Assembly (NCBI GenBank): GCA_031835245.2
Contig: JAVKOQ020000002.1
Span: forward strand, 558,001-622,000
DNA length: 64,000 nucleotides
Reading direction: 5' to 3'
Source: Balamuthia mandrillaris
Lineage: Eukaryota
A model generated the notes under the pieces. The model was not told the DNA's origin. It searched no databases and saw only the letters and a list, made by a program, of their open reading frames with translations. The first letter of the stretch is position 1; the number at the start of each line of letters is the position of its first letter. Both the position numbers and the translations under genes were made by a program. Of the stretch, positions 1 to 10,324 are shown piece after piece.

Positions 1-684
1 AGAGTTGGGTTAGAGAAGAAAGTATAAAGAAGAAAAAGAACGAGAGAAAAGCGGGAAGAACGAACGAAGGAAAAGGAAGAAGCAAGCAACAAGAAGTAAG
101 AAAAAATGACGAATAAAGAAAGAAGACTGAAAAACGAAGACAGGTAACGAAAGAGTACACAAGAGAGAAATGAGAATGCGAGACGAGAAGAGCAAAGAGC
201 AGAGAGGAAAGAGAGAAGAGACGTGGGTTGAAAACTATTGAGCAAAGCAGTAGTAGCTGCCAAACCAGAAGCATAAGTGACAGCGGTGCCGCCACACATG
301 GCTCCAAGCAGGTGCTCCAGTCTCTTTCCTGTCGGATGACAACAATAAAAATGAACATGCAGAACTAAAGAGAGCCGGGAAGGGAAGCATGTTTTTACGA
401 GTAGGCTGGTCGGCACGAGAGTAGACCATGCCGCCGGGGTCACCCTCCAAAAAGGTAGTCGCCACGTGCAATGGAGGCGCCACGTCGTGCACGTTCTCCA
501 CGCCTTCGTCCCCGTGGATGGCGATGGTGGTCATGTCCATCTGCTTCAGGTCGAGAGGGAAGGCCTCTTGGTGGTGCTGTACCGCAGCATACGGATCCTT
601 GCCATTCGTCTTCTTGGATTTTCCTTTGTGCTTTGGCGCTTTTTCCTTCTTGCCCTTCTTTTCTTTCTTCTTTGCTTTCTTCAT
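1..684 (-). CDS. Cys/Met metabolism PLP-dependent enzyme (cystathionine gamma-synthase/lyase family), 5' part; runs off the window
   Basis: Exon 684-399 (TIAIHG..DVAPPLHVATTF..YSRADQPT), intron 398-329, exon 328-223 (RKRLEHLLGAMCGGTAVTYASGLAATTALL). YSR-x-x-x-PT and ASG-x-AA are family motifs. Confidence 0.85.
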
Positions 685-1678
685 TCCTCCTGTTATTCTT
701 GCTGACCTTTTTGCTGTAACGCTCTACCAATAGAATAGAAACGAAAGGGGGGCCTTCACCACCCTGCAAAGGTGAACCCATAGACATTCCTTGTACCTAT
801 CCGAAGCGTACAAAATAAAAGAAATGCGTCGGCAAAAATTAGAATTCAATATTCCCAATATGGGTGAAAAGAAATGGCAAGGGAAAAAGGGGGAGCAAAG
901 TTGTCCCTGCGCTTCCCTGCTAATAAATGCGAGGAACATTAGTGTCGACAAGGACGGCTGCCAAACCTAACCATTGCGCGTTGGTCATATTTCTATGAGA
1001 AAACGACATGGAGAATGGGCAACCCAACAGCGAAACAAAAGCGTGTGGCCAAGTGGGGGCCTCGTTTCCCGATGATCCCACACAACCGGGAGAGGAGAAG
1101 GGAGCCGCCTTCGCGCTACCTTGAGGCACGGAGGGCAGCAGAACGAAACGCTAGAGGATCCTCTCCATCTCTCCTCGTTTTTTGGAACTGACCCCATCCG
1201 CCAAGGGTGCTGCCCACACCTTCCAACAGGTTATGGGCCACTGCAAAGAAACAAGATTGCGTGATAACCATGGAGGTAGTGTTAATGTGAAGGATACATC
1301 TCGGCTGATGATGACTCTGTTAGTTATGGGAAGGAGGAAGGGGCACCTCAGAAGAAAAGACCTGTCTCATAAAAAATCCAAACCCTGCCGGGGGCTGGCA
1401 CACGCTTTCTTTCGTTAGAGCTGGTTCATTCTGCAAGCCTTTCTTCCTCCTCTTCTTTGAATTGAATGATGGTGGTTGGTATGCTCTCCTCCAAGGGCTG
1501 CCTCAGCTCTTCCTTCAGCTGGGAGTCCGGGCTTGGAATGTAAGTAGCTCTTGGGCAGGCTTTTGCCCCAAAGCTTCTGCTTGTCGCAATCTATAACTCG
1601 GGAGAACTGCATGTGGGAAGGCAAACATCTCGCCTGGACCTCCTCCTCCAAAGACCTTTTGCCACACCGAACGAACGA

Positions 1679-1716
<38 letters not shown>

Positions 1717-1774
1717 GGGCTGGCTCAAGAGAGGGACATCAAAATTTTTATTTACGACAAGAGCAAGCACAAAG

Positions 1775-3790
1775 ATGGAAGAAACGACGACCCAAGAGAC
1801 GTCGGCGGTGAGTGCCACCCTCTACGACCCGGAGCACCTCCGCCAACCGCAGACCGTCACGCTGGTCGGGGCGTTCCCCCACCAGGTGGCCGGGCACGGC
1901 GCCATCCTCAAGGCCAAAGGGCACAAGATTTGTAAACCGTTGTCCCCAAGGGAGGCATGGTTCTACCAAACCCTCAACAAGAGGCAGCCTTCTTCCTCTT
2001 CTTCTTCTTCTTCCAACACCTCTGCCTCTTCTTTCTCTCCTTTGCTGCGTTTCATCCCGGCGTGGTATGGGGCGTTTGAGATCTCGGCCGCTCAGCTGAA
2101 GAGGCTGGTGGTGGAGGAGGAGAGGCGGCGCCATAGCGCACAGCAGCACCAAGGGGAGGAGAGGGAAGGGGAGGGCGGCTTGGAGGTGCAGACCTGGGAC
2201 AGAAAAGTGTATCATCAGTTGGAGGAACAGATTGAGCGAGAGGTCATCTCCTCCCCAAAACATACTCACTGTACGATTTTTTTTTGTTCTAGTTCATCAT
2301 CCTCTTCTCGTCCTTGTCCTTGTCCTTGTCCTTGTCCTTGTCCTTGTCCTTGTCCTTGTCCTTGTCCTTGTCCTTGTCCTTGTTCTTCTTCTTCTTCTTC
2401 TTCTTCTTCTTCTTCTTCTTCTTCTTCTTCTTCTTCTTCTTCTTCTTCTTCTTCTTCTTGTTCTTGTTCTTGTTCTTCTTCTTCTTCTTCTTGTTCTTGT
2501 TCTTGTTCTTGTTCTTGTTCTTGTTCTTGTTCTTCTTCTTCTTCTTGTTCTTCTTCTTCTTCTTCTTCTTGTTCTTCTTGTTCTTCTTGTTCTTCTTCTT
2601 CTTCTTCTTCTTCTTCTTCTTCTTCTTCTTCTTCTGTTCTTCTTCTTCTTCTTCTTCTTCTTCTTCTTCTTGTTCTTCTTGTTCTTCTTCTTCTTGTTCT
2701 TGTTCTTCTTCTTCTCCTCCTTCTTCTTCCTCTTCCTCTTCTTCCTCCTCTTCTCTTAACTCATTTGTTCATGATAAACCAGCCTATATCGTGATGGAGA
2801 ACTTGACCGCACACTACAAGCACCCGTGTTTGATAGACATTAAGATGGGTACAAAGACGTGGGACGATGAGAGCCCAGAGCATAAACGCCTTATCGCTAT
2901 GGAGAAGGCAGCAAAGACCACCACCTGTTCTCTTGGGCTTCGCCTTTGTGGCATGCAGGTAATTCTTCTTATTTCATTCTTCGTTCTTCATTCTCGTCTC
3001 TTTGTTTATGTCTTTCGTTATTCTTCTTAATCATTCTTGTTCTTCTTTCTTCTTTCTTCTTGTTCTTCTTCGTTCTTGTTCTTGTTCTTGTTCTTGTTCT
3101 TGTTCTTGTTCTTGTTCTTGTTCTTGTTCTTGTTCTTGTTCTTGTTCTTGTTCTTGTTGTTGTTGTTGTTGTTCTTCTTCTTGTTCTTGTTCTTCTTGTT
3201 CTTCTTGTTCTTCTTCTTCTTCTTCTTCTTCTTCTTCTTCTTCTTCTTCTTCTTCTTCTTCTTCTTCTTCTTCTTCTTCTTCTTGTTCTTCTTCTCTTTT
3301 CTTCTTGTTCTTGTTCTTCTTCTTCTTGTTCTTCTTCTTCTTCTTCTTCTTCTTCTTCTTCGTCTCATTTTGTTTTTCTTAAAAATAGGTATGGCAGACA
3401 CAAGAGAAAGTGCTCAGAAAGATAAGCAAGTCAGAGGGACTTGACCTAACCCCAGAAACCATCGGAGCACATCTCTCCAAGTTCTTCCACAACGGAGAAC
3501 GACTTCGAACGGACGTCATCTCTGCGTTCACGAAAGAGGTAGAAGCATTGCTTCATACATTAGAAACCTGTCCGCCTCACCACAGGTTCAACATCTACTC
3601 CAGCTCATTGTTGTTTGTCTACGAAGGCGAGGAGAGACAAGAGGAAGAAGAAGACCAACCCCCAAAGGTAACAATGAAGATGATAGACTTTGTGCACGCG
3701 TTCAGGATCAACGACGAGAAACCAAATGATGATGGCTATGTATTTGGACTCCGCAACCTTTTGCAGCTGCTTCAACAACAACTGTTGTAA
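1775..3790 (+). CDS. Inositol polyphosphate kinase/multikinase (IPK family), 3 exons
   Basis: Exons 1775-2270, 2783-2958, 3389-3790 with GT-AG introns. Motifs HQVAGH, YIVMENLT, PCLIDIKMG (PxxxDxKxG), GLRLCGMQ, SSLL, MIDFVH. Confidence 0.93.
2312..2755 (+). repeat. Intronic (CCTTGT)n then (TTC)n/(TTCTTG)n microsatellite
   Basis: Directly visible inside IPK intron 1. Similar tracts at ~3035-3360, ~4770-5240, ~11590-11725 (AAG on + strand, minus-strand gene), ~40155-40240, ~49335-49405. Confidence 0.97.
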
Positions 3791-3892
3791 AGCGGAACTT
3801 TGTACAAAAGAGAGAGCTGCTCACCGTCGTCTGACAACGAGCCAAAATAGCTTGATTGCAAAATAAAAGGAAGAAGAAAACGAACAATAAAC

Positions 3893-5510
3893 ATGGATGG
3901 CTTCTTTCTGCCGGACGAGCTCTTTGCGCTGGTGTTGCAGGAGGTTCCTGCTGTTTCCGTGTTGACCTCCGTTGCACCCGTGTGCAAACTTTGGAAACGG
4001 CAAGCCACCGCCGAGTCTTTGGTAATGCTTTTTTAGTAAAACAAATACCAAGGAGTTCTTTGTTTCTTAATCGTTTGTTTAGTGGAAGCCAAAATGTGTC
4101 GCCAAGTGGGGGCACAGACCGCGTGCAGGAGGCGGAACGCTATGGCGTCACTGACTGGCTCTCTTACTTTTGCGAAAGGCGCGTTTTCACGCCCTTCCTT
4201 TGCTTCTTCTTCCCATTTTTCTCTTGCACGCATCTTATTCTCTTGCTCTTTCTCTCTTCTCTCTTCTCTCTTCTCTCTTCTCTCTGTGCTCTTCTCAAAC
4301 AGAGCTCACTTTGAAGCATTACCTCCGTTAAACCTGAGCTTTCTCGCAGCCGCTGACCCGTCTAGTTCCTCCGACCCGCCAGCCTCCACAGAGCTCCTCA
4401 GCGAGTTGAGCAATAAGAACGCCTTTGAGGTTGGGGCGCGGCTCTTCCAAGAGGGACAACTCGGGGAGGCCATTGAAGCACTAAAGGTGGAGGTCTTGCG
4501 CCACCCGATGAATCATAAGGCCTGGGCGATGCTGGCGAAAGCACATGAAGAAAACGATTGTGATAACTTGTTTGTTCTTCTCATTTTCGTGTTCTCTCTC
4601 TCTGCTGGCATTGATTAATACCAACGCACAACAAAAGGTCGATGGCGTGCAACTGTACGGCGGTCAGGATACAGCCAAGCAGCAGAGACGTTTTGTTGGG
4701 TATAGTTGTCGGCTGCATCAATGAAGCCCAAACTTATCTTGTTTGTACTTGCGCATCACACCTTTCTCTTGCTCTTCTTCTTCTTGTGCTTCTTCTTCTT
4801 CTTCTTCTTCTTCTTGTTTTTGTTTTTGTTCTTGTTCTTGTTCTTGTTCTTGTTCTTGTTCTTGTTCTTGTTCTTGTTCTTGTTCTTGTTCTTCTTCTTC
4901 TTCTTCTTCTTCTTCTTCTTCTTCTTGTTCTTGTTCTTGTTCTTCTTGTTCTTCTTCTTCTTCTTCTTCTTCTTCTTCTTCTTCTTCTTCTTCTTCTTCT
5001 TGTTCTTGTTCTTGTTCTTCTTGTTCTTGTTCTTCTTCTTCTTCTTCTTCTTGTTCTTCTTGTTCTTGTTCTTGTTCTTGTTTCTTCTTCTTCTTCTTCT
5101 TCTTCTTCTTCTTGTTCTTCTTCTTGTTCTTCTTCTTGTTCTTCTTCTTCTTCTTCTTCTTCTTCTTCTTCTTCTTCTTCTTCTTCTTCTTCTTCTTCTT
5201 CTTCTTCTTCTTCTTCTTCTTCTTCTTCTTCTTCTTCTTCTGCTGCTGCTGCTGCTCCAAACTTAAACAGCAACAAAACAAAACAAAGACTGGTTACTTT
5301 TTGGTGCTATGGCTGTTGCACTCCCCTTACAAGGCTCGCTTGGGGGACTTGGAGCCCTCCGACATTCCCTTGCAAGACGACATTCCATATAACATTTCAG
5401 ACGAGCTCTATTTCGACATGGAGCAAGCGTTTAAAGACATTATCAAGGAGCATCCCGATGACGTCGAAGTTAGAGTCATTTTAGGTTTGTTCTTCATTCT
5501 CTCTCTCTCT

Positions 5511-5552
<42 letters not shown>

Positions 5553-5909
5553 TTACTTTTTGTGATGGCTTTAACAGCATTGATGGAAATGGGTTCATGG
5601 AACTACGCAGGAGCTATTCCGCACCTTGAGCATGCCGTAAAGCATGATCCCACCAATCATGCCTTGTGGCATAAACTAGGTCAGTGCGAACACCACCACT
5701 TTAACTTTATTGTTTATTTGTTCTATTATTCTGCATTACATTAACGTCAAAATACAGGTGCAACACGAGCTAACGCTCAACTTCATCTTGATGCCTGTAC
5801 CACTGTTCTTCTTCTTGTTCTTATTCTTCTTCTTCTCCTCGTCTTCCTCTTCTCCTTCTTCGTGTTCCTCATCTTAATTGTCATGTTGTTCCTTGTTCAC
5901 CTTTCACTG

Positions 5910-5942
<33 letters not shown>

Positions 5943-6415
5943 TCTCTCTCTCGTTTTCACTCCTCACTCCTTATTTCTTTAACATTGAATGTAGGTCATG
6001 CGTACCAAGAAGCTCTGCATTTACGACCCAGGTATGTTCGCTGTATGAGCAACCTTGCCAAAGTGCACGTCAAGTTGAAAAGCCCACGAACAGCTGGCGC
6101 TTGGTGCACCTCTGCTCTCATGTAACCATTACCCTCATTTTGTTTTCTTTATGTTCTCTTTGCAGTTGTCTTCTTTCCTCACATTCACAAACAAACAATC
6201 ATCAACTACAAACAAGGATAAACCCCGAGGCAAAATGGATATGGGAGTACATTTCAATGATCGCCATACTGTACTCAAAGGACTCCACAGAACAAGCTGC
6301 TTTGCAACTGGCAATAAAACAGCGGGACGTTGCTTCCCTGCAAAAACATTTTCTTGAGGGGGAGAACGCACCTCCTCCCATCATTCCTCCGACTCACGTT
6401 CAGCTGGCCAACTGA
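3893..6415 (+). CDS. F-box + PEX5-like TPR protein (about 9 exons; one apparent 1-nt frameshift at G-run 4108-4112)
   Basis: Exon 1 MDGFFLPDELFALVLQEVPAVSVLTSVAPVCKLWKRQATAESL|W is an F-box. Spliced C-terminus AFEVGARLFQEGQL..AWAMLAKAHEEND..GCINEAQ..LWHKLGATRANA..YQEALHLRPRYVRCMSNLA..WIWEYI..RDVASLQKHF is colinear with the PEX5 TPR domain. Confidence 0.8.
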
Positions 6416-6979
6416 TGCAGCACTACTTTCATCGTGCAGTGTAGTAAAAGAACCGTTTTTTCTTTCAAAACATAATAACGACTTGGCGCAATGCACCGCT
6501 TCGGCCGGAGATGAGGTTGTTTTTTTCCGTATAGGATCTGAAAAAAATAGCAAGTGAGATCGACCAATAAAAATTCAAACCCAGCCTCGCTGACATAACG
6601 ATGCACGCACTTTTGGAAATCCTGACGTGGGTTTGGCTTTTTGGTTGGGGAGTTCCCCTCCAACCCCCACACCAAAAACAAAAAAAAAGTGCACAAATGA
6701 ATGGGGGCTGCTCGCTACTTTTTTTGCAGCAGCAGCACCACCAGACAATCCAAAAAAAACAACAACAAACAAAAGTGTGTTCTCACTCTCTCTCTCTCTC
6801 TCTCTGCCTTGTTTCTTTCTTTTCTTGCTCCACGTGGAGAAGAGGGTAAGAAGCGCTTCTTTGTCTTCTGCTTGGTTTTTTTTTTCAATTTCTTTTTGCT
6901 TCTAGCATTACTAGGAGGAAAAGTATTATTATAGCATAGAGGGAGAGTAGCGGAGGGGGGTGGAAAGGAAGGAAGGAGA

Positions 6980-7364
6980 ATGGAGATCGGCTCGTTGGGG
7001 TTGAGTTGGAGTTGGGGCTTTGGGAAAGGAAAGAGCGTGCAGAGCAGCGGCTCCCACCCGAGCGTAAAATTCGAGAAGGCGACCAGCGACAACGAGGAGA
7101 ACGGCGGAGCGAGCAGCCAATGTACCAATACCACTACCACTACTAATCCTCACTCTACCTCGCCCCCAGCAACCGGCAGAGGCGAAACCGAGTTTCCTAG
7201 CTTTGGCAAACTTGCTGTAACCGGTTTGCTTGCTTCCGCCTTCTTTTTTTGCGGTTGCTTTTTTTTTTTTTGTTGAGCTCATCGGTCTTTTTTTTTTGTT
7301 CAGTGGTCAAGGCAAGAGGACTGCCTGCAGACAAAGACAGCAGGTACCTGTGCTCTGCTCTTTG

Positions 7365-7399
<35 letters not shown>

Positions 7400-7555
7400 G
7401 CTCCGTGTAATGCTCACTTTGAAACGCAATAGCTATTTTTGTGAGGTTTGTTTCGGAGAGGAGAAAACCAGGACCGATACTTGTGCGGGAGGTACTCCTG
7501 GTTGGGACTTTGAACACGTTTTGTACGTTTACTAGTCGCTGCTCAATCTCAACCT

Positions 7556-7598
<43 letters not shown>

Positions 7599-7719
7599 GA
7601 TCCTCTATACCTCATTATTGCTCTATTGTACTCTCTCTTATCTTTTTTCGTTTCAAAACAAGCGATGTAACGCCACAACAACAAGAGCTACGTTTCCGTT
7701 TGTTCAACACAAATGGTGC

Positions 7720-7758
<39 letters not shown>

Positions 7759-8644
7759 GTCTCTTGCATCCTCTTCTTTTTTATTATTTATTTACAGGAG
7801 CACTTAAACAAAAATCAAATACACAAGAGGATTGTTTGGGAGCAGTTTGTTTCCAAGTAGATGGGAAGCACTATCCACAAACACCACAGGACGGTTGGCA
7901 CCTTCTCTCCGATCCCTCCACCGCTAAAAAGAAGAAAAAGTCAAAAGAGAAGGCCAACAACAAAGCCAACAAGAAAGAGAAGGAGGAAAAGAAAGGAATA
8001 ACAGCAACGCATTATGAATCCAGTTACGGCAGTAATATGACGGTCACCACAAATGAGCTTCGCAACGTTTTGTTGCGGAAACAAAAAGACATAATTCAAC
8101 GGAGCAAACAAGAGGCAAAAAACGAAGACGAAGAAGAAGAACAAGTACAACAACATGCAGAAAGTGTTAATACCGGCCAACTAAAACGAGAAGGTGAAGA
8201 AGAAGTGGAAGAAGATAAGTGCAAAGCGCAAAATGAAGACCAACGAGGGGATACGTCCATCGATGTACCAGTTGTTAACAACCTATCGGAATCCGGAGAG
8301 TTTCAAACAAAGAGTGCGAAGAGGATGAGTTTGACAAAGAAACTTCAAGCAACGGCTTTTAGATCTTATCCAATGCCTCCTTCCTCTTCATCTGGCGATC
8401 GCCAACAAACCGACGGTCTTTCTGTTTATCTTCACCTTCAACTGCAATACGTCTCCTACGATCGTTTGGTTCGCTTCGTGCTCAGAGAAACGACCTATGG
8501 AGAGATCGCTTACGTGCAAGTCTTATCCAAGCACGTGAATTTGGCGGATGATTTGGCACGTGCTCTTGTGGCGCTCTTTGCAGCCCATGGCCGACTTGCC
8601 AATCTTCTCAAGTGTGTCATTCATACTGAAGTTGTTAGCACAGG

Positions 8645-8689
<45 letters not shown>

Positions 8690-10064
8690 CTTTCTCCTAT
8701 TTTTGTTGTCTTAATCATGTTTCATTTGATAGAACATGAAGATACATTGTTTCGGTCAGAGTCGTTGGCAACGAAGATAATGGCGGAGTTTATCGCCTTT
8801 AAAGGTCGTTCCTATTTGAAACGAACTTTAGAAGATCTTGTGAAGCGTATTTGCAAGTCTGCTGAAGTAATAGAGGTCCGTATTTTAGAAGTGAAAGCAT
8901 AGCTATTGCTTCATACTTATATTCTTCATCTTTTTTAAACCAGCTCAACCCGACCAAGTTGAAGACTCACGTTAGAAACACAGCGCAAGGGGAAGCTTAC
9001 CTCAAAAATAACATTTCTAAGCTGTCTTCTTCCTGCGAAGCCTTTCTCTCCGCCATCTCCAATTCTCTTTCCTTTTGTCCTATGTTAGTTTCCCGTTCTC
9101 TTTCTTGTTTCTTATTTCTTATTTCTCCTTCTTCGTTTCTTACCATTGAAACCGGCATTCCATTGTTGAATAACAGAGAAATACGGCAAGTTTGTTCGTT
9201 TCTGGCAGACACAGTACAACATCGGTATCCGAACAGCACGCTCACTTCAGTTGGCGGTTTTCTGTTTCTTCGGTTTTTCTGTCCCGCCATTCTTGCGCCT
9301 GAACATTATGAGCTAGTTAAAGGCACTTACTCCTCCTTTGTACTCTTATTTCTATTTTGTTTTTGCTTCAAGTGTTAACCGCTTTGTTTTGGGTATGTTT
9401 ACAGAGTCGCCGGACCCAAACGCGAGGCGGCATTTGACATTGGTGGCTAAAATATTACAGAGTTTGGCCAACGGACGGGCCTTTGGGGAGAAAGAGGAGT
9501 ACATGGTTCAGATGAATGACTTTATGGAAAGAAAGTTCGACGCTGTGAAACAACTGTTTCGGGACTTTACGGTTCGTTTTTATCTCTAGGCTTTCATTCT
9601 TGCTTCTTTCTTATTGGCCTCCTTGTTCTATGGTATATTGAAGGAATGGGAGCAAGTGGAACAACAACCGAGTAAAATGTTGCGCACCAGCTCTTCAGAG
9701 TCTTCAAGGACAGAACTTCCACCTTTAACGGTTGTTCATTTGGATACGATCGTGGAATATACCAGCCGTTATCTTGCCTGCATTCAATCCAATCTTCCAC
9801 CTGACCAACAGGTACTCCTCTTCTCGCTTCTCCCTTCTATGCTTTTCTCGTTCTCTCTCCTCTTCGCATATTTTTTAATGTTTTACTTTTCTTTTCTGCT
9901 TCTTTGTCTTCTCTATCTGCTCTTTTCATCTTCTTCAACTTGAATGAATGCAGCTTGAGTTCAAGCAAATAGCAGCAGAAGTAGACATGCGACTAGCGCC
10001 ATTGATAGAAGCCAAATCCAAACAAGCCTCCACAACAGCCAACACATCAACAACGCATTCTTAG
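6980..10064 (+). CDS. C2 domain + RasGAP protein (about 11 exons)
   Basis: C2-like VVKARGLPADKDSSYFCEVCFGEEKTRT..TPGWDFEHVF. RasGAP motifs TLFRSESLATKIM, GFLFLRFFCPAILAP, LVAKILQSLANG..FGEKEEYM. Confidence 0.92.
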
Positions 10065-10324
10065 CCTAGGCTCTCTTTTGTTTTTGTTTTTGTTTTTGTT
10101 TTGTTTTCTTCTCTAAAAGTTGTGTACAGTACAGTATTCATTGAAAAAAGCAAAGATAGTGGCCTGTGCCATTTCTCTTTTTTTTTTTGCCTCTTTGTTC
10201 CCATTTCTTTTTGGTTGTTCCAAATGTTACTCTGCCGTTTATTTTTTATTTTATTTATTTTTTTACAGTTAAAAAAAAAATACAACAAAAGGGATATCCT
10301 TTTGTTTTTTCTTGGCATTCCTTT

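Noticed and set aside
1000..1650. Short ORFs between the PLP enzyme and IPK
   Set aside because: Fragmentary with no motif; possibly a decayed relic, but not supportable.
2232..5281. Long poly-Ser/Leu/Phe/Glu/Arg/Lys ORFs on both strands
   Set aside because: They are translations of intronic (TTC)n/(TTCTTG)n microsatellites bounded by GT-AG; the flanking exons join in frame without them.
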